IMG/VR virus record: IMGVR_UViG_3300031949_000103
Span: 1-37,185 of that record
Length of the DNA: 37,185 nt
Reading direction: 5' to 3' (one strand)
Source of the DNA: a virus
Taxonomy: Duplodnaviria > Caudoviricetes
The notes under the pieces are model-generated. The model was given only the letters and a program-made list of their open reading frames with translations. It did no database searches and had not been told where the DNA came from. Below, one piece after another: positions 23,096 to 31,675 of this stretch. A program made the translations under genes and the position numbers. Position 1 is the stretch's first letter. Each line of letters begins with the position of its first letter.

Positions 23096-25258
23096 TTAGC
23101 CTCCTAGGGCGTAGCGGGCTTGGACCGCCGGGTGCATGTGGATGGGCTCGCCGGCCGCCAGCTGCTTCCTGACGCCGTTGACGGACCGCTTCACGGTGGC
23201 CGTCTGCGTCCACGGCCCGGTCCCGGTGACCGCACCCATCGACGTCACGGTGATGCGCTCACCGGCAATGGCCCAGTCGTACGGCTCGGCGGTCTCCGAC
23301 CACGCGTCACGGATGCGGGTGAAGGTCACGACGACGCTGGCCGCGTCGCTGGCCACGGTGGCGCTGAGCGTGGACGTCCGCGACTCCATGCGCTTGCTGG
23401 TGTCGTCGTACACCGCGACCTGGAACTGCTGGTCCGGCGCGCAGGTGAAGGTGATCTTCCGGGAGTGCGTGCCGATGACCTCGGTGTAGCCGAGGACGTA
23501 CAGCCGGATGGTGTCTTCGCGGAAGCCCGTGATCTCGATGACCGAGCCGACGTCCACCGCCTCCACCTCGGCCACCTTGGACGCCGACAGCGCCGACAGG
23601 TTCACGATCACCTGCGGGAAACGCGCCAGGTTCACGGTGCCCCTGCGCATCCACCAGTTGGCGATATCCGGCAGCCGGTACGCCGGGAACGACACGCTGA
23701 CGTCGACCCGCCGCTTATACTCGCCCGCGCCGTCCGGCGGCGCCTGGGTGCCCAGCGCGCTCGTGGAGTCCTCGGCGGTCGCCTCCTGGCCCTGCCGGTC
23801 CACCGCGGTCACCACGTTGTGGATACGGAGATCGTCGGTGACCTCGCGCGGCAGCCCCGGCATGTCCTCGGGCACCAGGGTCAGCGCCGGCGTCTGGTTG
23901 TAGCGGTCGTACCGGCAGAGGAAGAACACTGCGGCTTCGGCCGCCAGGTCGTAGATCAGCCCGTCCTCTGTCTGCTGAATCTCCTCCAGGTGCTCGGCCA
24001 GGGTCGCGACGGGCTGCGGACCCATCGGCGTCGACAACGCCCAGTTCGTGCTGACGTAGTTGGTGATGCCAGCGGCGGTCAGCAGCCGGAAGAAGCGCTC
24101 CGCGGCCAGCTCGCGCAGGTAGCCGGTCCAGGCGTAGATCCTGGCCACGTTGAACAAATCCACGCCGCCGGACGAGCCGACGTCGACGAAAAGAAAGTGC
24201 CCAAACGTCGACCCGGCGGGGACGTCGCCCTCGTCCGTGCTGGCCGAGTTCGCGGCGCTGTCCAGCGAGCCAGGCTCGTGCGCGAACGTGCCGTTCACGA
24301 ACCGGCTCTCGGTGTTGTCGGCGTTGGTCCAGTTGACGAAAATCGTCGTGGTGCCACCCGAGTAGGTCGCATCGATCGTCCAGAGCGTCCACTCGGTGAA
24401 GTCGTAGCTATCCGTGGTCTTGGTCACGTCCAGGAAGAACCCGACGCCGACGGCGCTGTTCGAGCCCTGAAGCTGGATCTCCCCCGTACTGGGCAGCAGC
24501 GTGATCTGGAAGGCATCCCCGGCCCCGCCGCCACCGGATGTGTTGATGCTGTACATGAACGCGCCGGCCGCCGTAAGCGGCTCCAGGCGCTGCACCCACG
24601 AGTGTTGCCATCCGGACGTGCTGGCCGCGGACGGGGTGACCATGGTGTAGAGGTTCACCCCGCCCAACTCGCCCAGGTCCATCAACGGCCCGGACGACGG
24701 CGGGTAGCTCTGGCTGTCGAAGCTGACACCACCGGAGAACGCAAACCCCTCCGGCCCCGGGAAGGTCGCCACGGGAACCGTCGTCGTCCGCGCCTGCTCC
24801 GCCGGGAAATACGCCGTGACGTGAGACAGAGCATCGTTGTACGTCCGGAACGCGGACTTCAGCGGGTCCGTCCACTGCCCGATCCGCTGCAGCAGACCGC
24901 CACCCTCAACATCCGTCCACGCCCGGCCGCGCTTCGGCGTGCGCCGGAAGTTGCCGGTCTGGTCACAGGACCATGAGGACGCCTCGACAACGCCCCGGCC
25001 ACTGCCGGCCACGGTCACCCGAGCCGGCGTGTTCCGGCCCACCTTGCCGTAGAGGGCGCTCTCCGGGTTGCTGGTGCGGTACTTGTCCGTGGCGTTATCG
25101 AGCTGTGCGTTGATCTGCGCCGGCCGGGGCGCTGGGGATTCGTCGGCCTGGCCACGGCGGATCTTGATCGGGTCGCCGGTGAACACCTCATCGTCGGCGG
25201 TGATGTCACGCCACCCGCCGTCGTAGAAAATCTCGAACGTCACGTCCTGTTTCGGCAT
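23096..25258 (-). CDS. minor tail/baseplate protein (721 aa)
   Basis: Follows the tape measure; WRDIT, IRRG..DE, LDN, NP.S.LY motifs; central beta-rich (LamG-like) region. Confidence 0.88.
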   Translation of the reverse strand: MPKQDVTFEIFYDGGWRDITADDEVFTGDPIKIRRGQADESPAPRPAQINAQLDNATDKYRTSNPESALYGKVGRNTPARVTVAGSGRGVVEASSWSCDQTGNFRRTPKRGRAWTDVEGGGLLQRIGQWTDPLKSAFRTYNDALSHVTAYFPAEQARTTTVPVATFPGPEGFAFSGGVSFDSQSYPPSSGPLMDLGELGGVNLYTMVTPSAASTSGWQHSWVQRLEPLTAAGAFMYSINTSGGGGAGDAFQITLLPSTGEIQLQGSNSAVGVGFFLDVTKTTDSYDFTEWTLWTIDATYSGGTTTIFVNWTNADNTESRFVNGTFAHEPGSLDSAANSASTDEGDVPAGSTFGHFLFVDVGSSGGVDLFNVARIYAWTGYLRELAAERFFRLLTAAGITNYVSTNWALSTPMGPQPVATLAEHLEEIQQTEDGLIYDLAAEAAVFFLCRYDRYNQTPALTLVPEDMPGLPREVTDDLRIHNVVTAVDRQGQEATAEDSTSALGTQAPPDGAGEYKRRVDVSVSFPAYRLPDIANWWMRRGTVNLARFPQVIVNLSALSASKVAEVEAVDVGSVIEITGFREDTIRLYVLGYTEVIGTHSRKITFTCAPDQQFQVAVYDDTSKRMESRTSTLSATVASDAASVVVTFTRIRDAWSETAEPYDWAIAGERITVTSMGAVTGTGPWTQTATVKRSVNGVRKQLAAGEPIHMHPAVQARYALGG

Positions 25259-25259
25259 C

Positions 25260-26630
25260 TCACCGGCTCCCGAGGACAAGCTGAGCGTTACCACCACGGC
25301 GACGAACCGCCCTGGCCAGGATCTCGACCAGTAGGTCATCAAGCTGCGAACCTCCCGACTGGATCACGATCGGGGCACCACCGCCACCGCCCGGCCAGCT
25401 CACCTGCTCGCCGGCCATAGCCATGATCGGGACCTCAGTGCCCGGCACCCCGGGCACGATGCCGCCGGTGTGGAACTTCGGGATGTTCGGCACGTCGACG
25501 GTCCACCCGCCGAAGATCTTCGGCGCGGTGTAGTGCAGCGACCCGACAGTGTTGTTCCACGCGTCCGCGACCCAGTTGAACGCCGTGCGGAACGGCCAGG
25601 AGATCACGTTGGCGAGGCCCTTGAACGCGTTGCCGATCCAGCCGGGGATCTTCTTGAGGTAGTTCCACGACGACGACGCCGCATCCGTGATCCAGTTCCA
25701 GGCGACGACGCCAGCCCGCCGGACCCTGTCCCAGTGGACCACCATCAGCACGATGATCGCGATCAGCGCGGCAATCGCCAGGATGATCCACGTGGTGGGG
25801 GAGGCGAGCTGGGCGATGTTCCACGCCCACTGCGCCGCGGTCACCAAACCCACCACACCCACGACGGCGGTCAGCAGGGGGGTGATCAGGGCGATGTTGT
25901 CCGCCCACTTCTGCAACCCGGACGGGTTGGCCTCACGCATCGCGTCGTTCAGGTCGAGCTGCGCGTCCTTGCCGTCCCGGGTCGCCTGCGTGGCGTCGGT
26001 CGCAGCCTGCGCCCCGTCGTTGGTAGCCTGCGCCGCATCCGCCGTGGCCTGCTCCGAGTCGAGCAACGCCTGCGTCTTGTCCTGCTCCGCCTGCGACAGA
26101 TCCAGGGCAGCCTGCCGGGCTTCGTTGCTGGTGGCCCCGTGTTCCTTGACCGCGGTGTTGTAGTCCTCCTGGGCGACCTTGGCGTCGAGCATCGCCTGCT
26201 CGACGTCCTGGTCCGCCTGGGTCTGATCCAGCGCCGCCTGCTTGCCGTCGACGAACGACTGATTCAGGTCGAGCTGCGCCTGCTTCAGATCAACGGTGGC
26301 CTGCTCCGCGTCGATACCGGCCTGCTCCACGTCGGCCAACGCCCGCGCCTGCTTCGCCGCCTTCACCGCGCCGGCCGACTGAATATCGGCGAGGCCCTGA
26401 ACCGCGGCGCCCGCACTGTCGACCGCGTCGGTCAGACCGGTCACCCCGGCACCGATGTTCCCGATCCGGTCCCCGTAGTCGGCGCCCTGCTTGCCGGCCT
26501 TGTCGAAGTCGACGCCCGCCTGCTTCGCGGCCGTACCAACGGCGTCGGTGGCGGCGGTCGCCGCCTTCGCCGCCTTCTGCAGCTTGCTGGCGTCGCCGGC
26601 GAACTCGATCGCGAGCGCGTTGCCGGCCAT
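25260..26630 (-). CDS. tape measure protein (456 aa)
   Basis: Ala/Gln-rich heptad repeats, hydrophobic segment, Trp-spaced repeats, IPKFHTGG. Confidence 0.88.
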   Translation of the reverse strand: MAGNALAIEFAGDASKLQKAAKAATAATDAVGTAAKQAGVDFDKAGKQGADYGDRIGNIGAGVTGLTDAVDSAGAAVQGLADIQSAGAVKAAKQARALADVEQAGIDAEQATVDLKQAQLDLNQSFVDGKQAALDQTQADQDVEQAMLDAKVAQEDYNTAVKEHGATSNEARQAALDLSQAEQDKTQALLDSEQATADAAQATNDGAQAATDATQATRDGKDAQLDLNDAMREANPSGLQKWADNIALITPLLTAVVGVVGLVTAAQWAWNIAQLASPTTWIILAIAALIAIIVLMVVHWDRVRRAGVVAWNWITDAASSSWNYLKKIPGWIGNAFKGLANVISWPFRTAFNWVADAWNNTVGSLHYTAPKIFGGWTVDVPNIPKFHTGGIVPGVPGTEVPIMAMAGEQVSWPGGGGGAPIVIQSGGSQLDDLLVEILARAVRRRGGNAQLVLGSR

Positions 26631-27043
26631 CAGCCCTCCAGCCCGGCGTTGCGGATGACCCTGCTCAGCGAATCCTGTAGCTGGGCCTCGATGCGGGGGC
26701 GGATCTGCCGCAGCGTCGGGTAGACGTAGCGGCCCTCGCCGAGGAACTGACGCGGTGCCGGGCGGCCCGCGACGCGGCCCTGCCCACCGAAGTCGAGCCA
26801 CGGGAAGTACGGGGCGCGCTTGCCGCCGACGGCGACCCGGGCCGAGGTGCGGGTGGACCGGGCGACCAGGGAGCGCCGGGCGGCGCCCGTGACCGAGGGG
26901 ATCTTCGGCCGGGTGGCGTCGACGAGCAGGCCGGCGACCTCGTTCAGCGCGAGCCGGAGCTCCTTCGGGGCCTGCGAGTCGATGGCGCGCAGGCCCTTGT
27001 TGAGCGCGGCCAACCCGATGACCTCGACCTTGAGCCCGTCCAC
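26630..27043 (-). CDS. HK97 gp10-like tail component
   Basis: VIGLAALNKGL...PSVTGAARRS...PYFPWLDFG. Confidence 0.8.
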   Translation of the reverse strand: MDGLKVEVIGLAALNKGLRAIDSQAPKELRLALNEVAGLLVDATRPKIPSVTGAARRSLVARSTRTSARVAVGGKRAPYFPWLDFGGQGRVAGRPAPRQFLGEGRYVYPTLRQIRPRIEAQLQDSLSRVIRNAGLEG

Positions 27044-27047
27044 ACCG

Positions 27048-27240
27048 TCACCCCCCTGCCTGTGCTCTCGCCAACTCGCGGCGCTGGTTGATCCGCGCGT
27101 AGTAGACGTACCAACTCGTCCACTCCGCCGCGCTCATACCGGAACGCATCTCCGCCACCGACCGCCAGCCGAGCTTCTCGACCAGGTAGTGGTCGAACTC
27201 GACGTCAGGATTCGTCTCCATCAGCTCGTACATCGCTTTT
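27048..27240 (-). CDS. tail assembly chaperone, second (gpT-like) frame
   Basis: LVEKLGWRSVAEMRSGMSAAEWTSW; overlaps the end of the first frame in the +1 phase. Confidence 0.75.
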
Positions 27241-27606
27241 GTCGGCACCCTCGCCGAGCTTCGACAACCGCCGGATGGCCTCGGTCACGGGGACCATGGC
27301 CATCGGGTCGGTGGCCTTCTGCCACGCCTCGGCCTGCTTCACGGTCATCCGAGGTTCGACCAGGCAGTAAGAGACCATCCGTCGCTCGATCTCGCCCGGG
27401 TCGTCGGTGTCCTTACGGGACAGCATCATCTCGTAGCGGGACATGCCTCGGACTCGGACGAACTTGCCGCCCGGCAGCTCGACGTCCTCGGCGTCGCCGC
27501 TGAGTTGGTCGGCGGTCAGGTCGGCGACGCTCGCATACCCGCTACCGGCCGGCTCCCGTTCCGGGTCCGGCGGTGCGGTGTTCGGTGTCCTCGTGCGCGG
27601 GGGCAT
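27205..27606 (-). CDS. tail assembly chaperone (gpG-like)
   Basis: VRVRGMSRYE...LVEPRMT...IRRLS; position upstream of the tape measure. Confidence 0.85.
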   Translation of the reverse strand: MPPRTRTPNTAPPDPEREPAGSGYASVADLTADQLSGDAEDVELPGGKFVRVRGMSRYEMMLSRKDTDDPGEIERRMVSYCLVEPRMTVKQAEAWQKATDPMAMVPVTEAIRRLSKLGEGADKSDVRADGDES

Positions 27607-27902
27607 CAGGGCCCTTCCTTGGCTGCGTCGTGGTCGGCGAGGATGCGCGGGACCTCGCTGGTCTGCGGCAGCGCCGCACGGACGAAGCAGTCCTTCGCTT
27701 CGAGGAGCTTCCGCATGCCTGTCGTCTTCTCGGCGCCTGGCGGTAGCGCGTCGATCATCGCGACGAACAGGTCACCGCAGGCCTTGGAGACCGGCTGGAG
27801 GTGCTCGGGCAGGTGCGCGTAGTCGAAGTAGCGCGCCATCAGGATCGCCGGGTCGTAGACGAAACCGGGCTGTGGCTCTTCCGGGGCGAGAGCGTCGTTC
27901 AT
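27606..27902 (-). CDS. helical-hairpin protein, candidate Acb2/Tad1-like nucleotide sponge
   Basis: YFDYAHLPEHLQPVSK...LPPGAEKTTGMRKLLEAKDCFVRAAL; SD GGAAGG. The ORF is well supported; the function is inferred. Confidence 0.6.
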   Translation of the reverse strand: MNDALAPEEPQPGFVYDPAILMARYFDYAHLPEHLQPVSKACGDLFVAMIDALPPGAEKTTGMRKLLEAKDCFVRAALPQTSEVPRILADHDAAKEGP

Positions 27903-27913
27903 CGGGTGCCTTC

Positions 27914-28315
27914 CTAGACCTGGTCGGTGGAGTCCCACGCGTCCGACGGTTCGGTTTCCAGGGACCACAGCCGGTACCCGGAGGTCGGCGCGGTCTCGGT
28001 GTACTTCGTGATCACCGCGTCGAATTCGTCCTCTGGCAGTCCGGAGCCGGTGCCCTCCGGCCGGTACTGGACGACCACCTTCGTCCCGACCAGTGGCTTC
28101 AGCACGGCACGCGGGCCGGTGGCCGAGTCGTCGTACTTTCCGGAGCAGCCGAACACCCCGGTGAGCAGCGTCGGGTCCTTCACGACGGCGTTCTTGCCGT
28201 ACGTGGTGTTGTCCTCGGTGCCGCTGCTCTGCTCGCAGTTGGAGTCGGTGCAGAACGTGGACACGTCGTTGCCGTCGATCAGGATCACGGTCAGCTTGCT
28301 GTGCTTGCGCGCCAT
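27914..28315 (-). CDS. major tail (tube) protein
   Basis: DNTTYG...GKYD...YRPEGTGSGLP; strong SD GGAGG; position in the tail module. Confidence 0.85.
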   Translation of the reverse strand: MARKHSKLTVILIDGNDVSTFCTDSNCEQSSGTEDNTTYGKNAVVKDPTLLTGVFGCSGKYDDSATGPRAVLKPLVGTKVVVQYRPEGTGSGLPEDEFDAVITKYTETAPTSGYRLWSLETEPSDAWDSTDQV

Positions 28316-28327
28316 GACGTCCTCCCT

Positions 28328-28837
28328 CTATGCGCTAGCGCCGACGATGAACACGTCGTACGTCACCGACGTCGACCCGGCCGAGTTCGTGAAGGTCAGC
28401 AAATCCCCGGTGCCCGCGGTGACCGCGACTTTCCCGTCGGCCGGGCACGACCACCCGAACGCACCACCAGGCGGCACCGGGATGCCGTCACCGGCGGCCA
28501 GGAACAGCGGCACCCCATTGCTGGCGGGCCGGGTGACGTTGACGTTGTTCGTGTTCGCCGTCGCGGCCTTGACGAGGATGCCCCGGACCTCGACGAACGT
28601 CAGCGTCGCCCCGAACGGGCTAGCGAGGACACCGGCCAGGTCTAGATCCTCGGTCGCGGACGCGGTCAGGGTCCGCTGGTCATGGAACAGCAGGTCCGCA
28701 CTGTTCGCACCGGTGCCGTTCGACAGCTGAATCTTCGCGGTCAGGGTGGCCGCGTCGACCGGCGTCGACAGGTCGAGCAGGTTCTTGAACGTCGCCGCGA
28801 TCTCGAACGTCACGACGGTCTTCAGGGTGGTGGCCAT
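28328..28837 (-). CDS. virion structural protein (beta-rich)
   Basis: GTGANSAD..HDQRTL...LDLAG..PFG; between terminator and tail tube. Confidence 0.75.
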   Translation of the reverse strand: MATTLKTVVTFEIAATFKNLLDLSTPVDAATLTAKIQLSNGTGANSADLLFHDQRTLTASATEDLDLAGVLASPFGATLTFVEVRGILVKAATANTNNVNVTRPASNGVPLFLAAGDGIPVPPGGAFGWSCPADGKVAVTAGTGDLLTFTNSAGSTSVTYDVFIVGASA

Positions 28838-29250
28838 CAGTCCTCTTTCCCAGGGCCCACAACGGTGGCTTTGAACATCACGGCCAGGTACTCGCCGCCG
28901 GCGAACCGCTCGATGCCGAACTCGACACTGGTCACGGTGAGGTCGTCGCACGTCGTCCACGACCGGGCCTCCATGGCCCGTTTCACCGACTTCGGGCCGT
29001 CACCGGACGACCAGCCGGAAGCCATGTCCCGGGCCGCGGTAGTGGTGACGCTCGACGTGAGGAGCACGATGGGCAGGCCCGTGAACCGGTCCTCACCGCG
29101 CCCGTACGACTCGTCGTAGTCGATGCTCTCCGGGTACGACACGTACCCGGCTGGCGGGTGCAGGTTCTCCGGCGGATAGTCGGTGACGCGGAGCCCGGTG
29201 ATCTCGTTCAGGGCCTCCGCGACCTCCTTCATCACGTCGGCGAGCCTAAT
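28837..29250 (-). CDS. tail terminator-like protein (start uncertain; ATT at 29250 proposed)
   Basis: RLADVMKEVAEAL..ITGLRV..YP...PPA...YDESYGRG; SD GGAGGTG 6 nt before ATT. Confidence 0.8.
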   Translation of the reverse strand: MRLADVMKEVAEALNEITGLRVTDYPPENLHPPAGYVSYPESIDYDESYGRGEDRFTGLPIVLLTSSVTTTAARDMASGWSSGDGPKSVKRAMEARSWTTCDDLTVTSVEFGIERFAGGEYLAVMFKATVVGPGKED

Positions 29251-29281
29251 TGGACTCACCTCCCCTGATATGGTGTTCAAT

Positions 29282-29797
29282 ATGAACATCAGGAAGACCG
29301 ACAAGCAGAGGTTCAAACCGGCCACACTGGAACGGCGATACGCCAAACGGCGCAAGCCGTGCGTCTCCTGCGGCGGAGACAAGGGACCTGGACTTGGGCG
29401 GCGGCACTGCGACTCTTGCGTCGGGTCCTGGTGCTCCGGCTGCAAGAAGCTCCTGCCGGTTGACAGCTTCTTCCAGGTCAAGGCAACTTCCCGGTCTACC
29501 GGCCGAGCATCCCATTGCAAGGTGTGTGCGGTCCTGCGCAATAGGGAACTGCGATACCGGATGCGACCAGGCGAGCTGGCCGCACGAATCTCGGAACAGG
29601 ACGGTCGTTGCGCCGCGTGCGACCGGGAGACCACGGAATGGCATATCGACCACGACCACACGTGCTGCCCGAGGGGTCAGAAGACCTGCGGAAAGTGCAC
29701 CCGCGGACTCCTTTGCAGGCCATGCAACCTCGCGCTGGGACACGTTCTGGACGACCCCGCCCGCGCTATGGCCCTGGCGCGGTACCTGCTGAAGTAG
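29282..29797 (+). CDS. endonuclease VII-family (homing-type) nuclease, antisense within the structural operon
   Basis: QDGRCAAC, HIDHDH, RGLLCRPCNLALG; N-terminal CxxC repeats; extended -10 TGaTATGGT 7 nt before ATG. Confidence 0.9.
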   Translation: MNIRKTDKQRFKPATLERRYAKRRKPCVSCGGDKGPGLGRRHCDSCVGSWCSGCKKLLPVDSFFQVKATSRSTGRASHCKVCAVLRNRELRYRMRPGELAARISEQDGRCAACDRETTEWHIDHDHTCCPRGQKTCGKCTRGLLCRPCNLALGHVLDDPARAMALARYLLK

Positions 29798-29799
29798 TC

Positions 29800-30393
29800 T
29801 CATGCCGCCCACCACCGGCGCACGAACGGCTTGAGGCTGGTCCTGAAGTCAGGGTCCAGCTGCGCGAGCAGCCGCATCTCCGAGCCCTCCGACGGTGACC
29901 CGGCGATCCCGAACGGGCTGTCGCGGCGCTTCGCGAGCCGGGCGCCCTGCAGGTACACGCCGGTCGGTACGGCTGAGGGCACCGCCGACCAGCCCCACTT
30001 CACATCGACCGTGATGGGTCCGGGCGAGGGGACGGTGATCTGCTCGAACGGGCGACCTTTCTGCGCCGCGTTACGCGGCCACAGCCGGTACCCGTCCTCG
30101 GTGGTCGTCCACGCCGTCTCAGCCGTCCCGTCCTCATACGTGACGGTCAGCCCGGTGACGTCCTGCACGTCGTCGACATAGGCCACATAGAGGCACTGGT
30201 GGCGATCCCACACCGTCTCGTAGGTGCGCTCCTCGGCTGCGGCCGTCTGCCCGAACTGCCGTCGACAGTGGTCGTCGACGTTGCGGGACACGGTCGTGAT
30301 CCACACCGCGATGAACGCGTCGTCGGCGGCGTCGTCGATCCGCAGATAGTTCTTGAGCTGCGTCGACGTTATGTAGTCGGGCATCCAAGTCAC
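29800..30393 (-). CDS. head-tail connector/adaptor (gp6/gp15-like)
   Basis: YITSTQLKNYLRI...VDDHCRRQF...WGWSAVP...KRRDSPFG; SD AAGGAGG. Confidence 0.88.
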   Translation of the reverse strand: MTWMPDYITSTQLKNYLRIDDAADDAFIAVWITTVSRNVDDHCRRQFGQTAAAEERTYETVWDRHQCLYVAYVDDVQDVTGLTVTYEDGTAETAWTTTEDGYRLWPRNAAQKGRPFEQITVPSPGPITVDVKWGWSAVPSAVPTGVYLQGARLAKRRDSPFGIAGSPSEGSEMRLLAQLDPDFRTSLKPFVRRWWAA

Positions 30394-30407
30394 GACCGTT
30401 TCCCTCC

Positions 30408-30866
30408 TTACAGCGGGTAGAGGGACTGGAAGATGTGGATCGTGCCCTCGTTCGCGGCGCCGGCCGCGGCGACCACGGGGGTGTAGTCGCCGCCGACCAG
30501 CCACGCACGGACGAACGTGCTGCTGGACCCGGCGATGAACGGCACCTTCAACGTGGCGACGGTCGCGGACAGGTTCGCCCCGATCGACGTGCCGGTCCCG
30601 TCGTCGAACAGGTTGATCCCGTCTTCGTTGGTGAACGTCACGTCGTACAGGTCAGTCGGTGCCAGAGCGCCGGCGCTGGGGATGAAATGCACCGAGCAGA
30701 CCGACCCGGACGGCATCGTCACCGTGTTCGCCGACACGGCACCGCCCGCATCCGAGGTCCACACGATCGACGTTTTCACGATCGAACGGAGCCCCCGGCC
30801 TAGGCCGATCAGGCCGTCGATGCCGGGGTGGACGAGGGTTTGGGTGGTGATGATCGAACCGGCCAT
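30408..30866 (-). CDS. virion structural/decoration protein
   Basis: Beta-rich, PTDLYDVT motif; SD AGGAGG. Confidence 0.7.
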   Translation of the reverse strand: MAGSIITTQTLVHPGIDGLIGLGRGLRSIVKTSIVWTSDAGGAVSANTVTMPSGSVCSVHFIPSAGALAPTDLYDVTFTNEDGINLFDDGTGTSIGANLSATVATLKVPFIAGSSSTFVRAWLVGGDYTPVVAAAGAANEGTIHIFQSLYPL

Positions 30867-30889
30867 GACGCCCTCCTAACCGTTTGGGT

Positions 30890-30962
30890 GCCCCGGGGAT
30901 CCTCCCGACCAGTAGGTCCCCGAGGCCGTGTGTTCGCTTCCTGCCAGCTGGTGCCGGTCGGG
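30890..30962 (-). other. structured intergenic RNA element (pseudoknot or switch)
   Basis: Stem GCCTCGGGGA/TCCCCGGGGC whose loop CTGGTCGGG is complementary to upstream CCCGACCGG; both helices use G-U pairs on the sense strand. Confidence 0.45.
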
Positions 30963-30971
30963 TGGTCCTTG

Positions 30972-31226
30972 TCAGGCTCGCGGCGGCCAGAAACAGGCAC
31001 CCACGATGCCGTACGCACGGGCCTCGGACTCGGTGCCGAACAGCACCACCGACGTCTTCCACTCACACGCCAGGCCGTCGTTGAGCACCTTCACGTTGAC
31101 CGACCACGAACCGTCCGGCCGCTCACCCCACACGCGAGTGACGACCGCCGGAGCGGTGTCGTCGCCGTTGTTCGTCTCCGGGACCACGCCGACAAGCACA
31201 ATCCGGCCCTTGCTGGGGGTCTGCAT
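30972..31226 (-). CDS. conserved small phage protein (PSxGRIV...WPPR family)
   Basis: TPSKGRIVLV...PAVVTRVW...VNVKVL...FWPPRA; TGATG overlap. Confidence 0.8.
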   Translation of the reverse strand: MQTPSKGRIVLVGVVPETNNGDDTAPAVVTRVWGERPDGSWSVNVKVLNDGLACEWKTSVVLFGTESEARAYGIVGACFWPPRA

Positions 31227-31666
31227 CAGAGGACCCCGGGCAGACCAAGGACCGTGCAGTGCGTGACAAACGTGTCCGTCGCACCGCTCGAGGTGACCCG
31301 GACCCGCAGCCACGGCCGCCCGGACTGCAGCTTCACCGAGATCTGCGAATAGGCGTCACCGGTGGTGACCGCCAGGGTGCCGGTCGTCAGCGCGGTCGCC
31401 GGGGTGCCGATGTCACCGGCACTGTCGTCGGCGTCCTGGATCACCCACGTCAGGCTGTCGGTGGTGCCGCCGGTCGACGCGGTCAGGATGACCAGCACCC
31501 GGTCGTTGTGCTCGTACGCGTAGCCCGGTTCCGTCGACACGACGCTGGACAGGTCGATGTCGTTGGGCGTGCCGAAATCGAAGCTCGTGGTGGTCGCTGT
31601 GGAAATGGTGACCTTGGACGTGCCGAGCACGTGCAGCTCGGGGGAGATGATCTCGCGGGCGGGCAT
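31226..31666 (-). CDS. capsid decoration/cement-like protein
   Basis: IDL...LTWVIQDADD...RPWLRV beta-sandwich pattern. Confidence 0.7.
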   Translation of the reverse strand: MPAREIISPELHVLGTSKVTISTATTTSFDFGTPNDIDLSSVVSTEPGYAYEHNDRVLVILTASTGGTTDSLTWVIQDADDSAGDIGTPATALTTGTLAVTTGDAYSQISVKLQSGRPWLRVRVTSSGATDTFVTHCTVLGLPGVL

Positions 31667-31675
31667 GCCTGCTCC

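Noticed and set aside
27220-27245. Canonical -1 slippery site in the tail chaperone
   Set aside because: No XXXYYYZ heptamer, and the -1 frame hits TGA after five codons.
29251-29800. Group I intron carrying the endonuclease
   Set aside because: The insert is almost entirely the antisense ORF, leaving about 30 nt; no room for a ribozyme core.
30880-30965. c-di-GMP-I riboswitch
   Set aside because: The second hairpin is superficially similar, but the GCAAA/GNRA-tetraloop first stem is missing.
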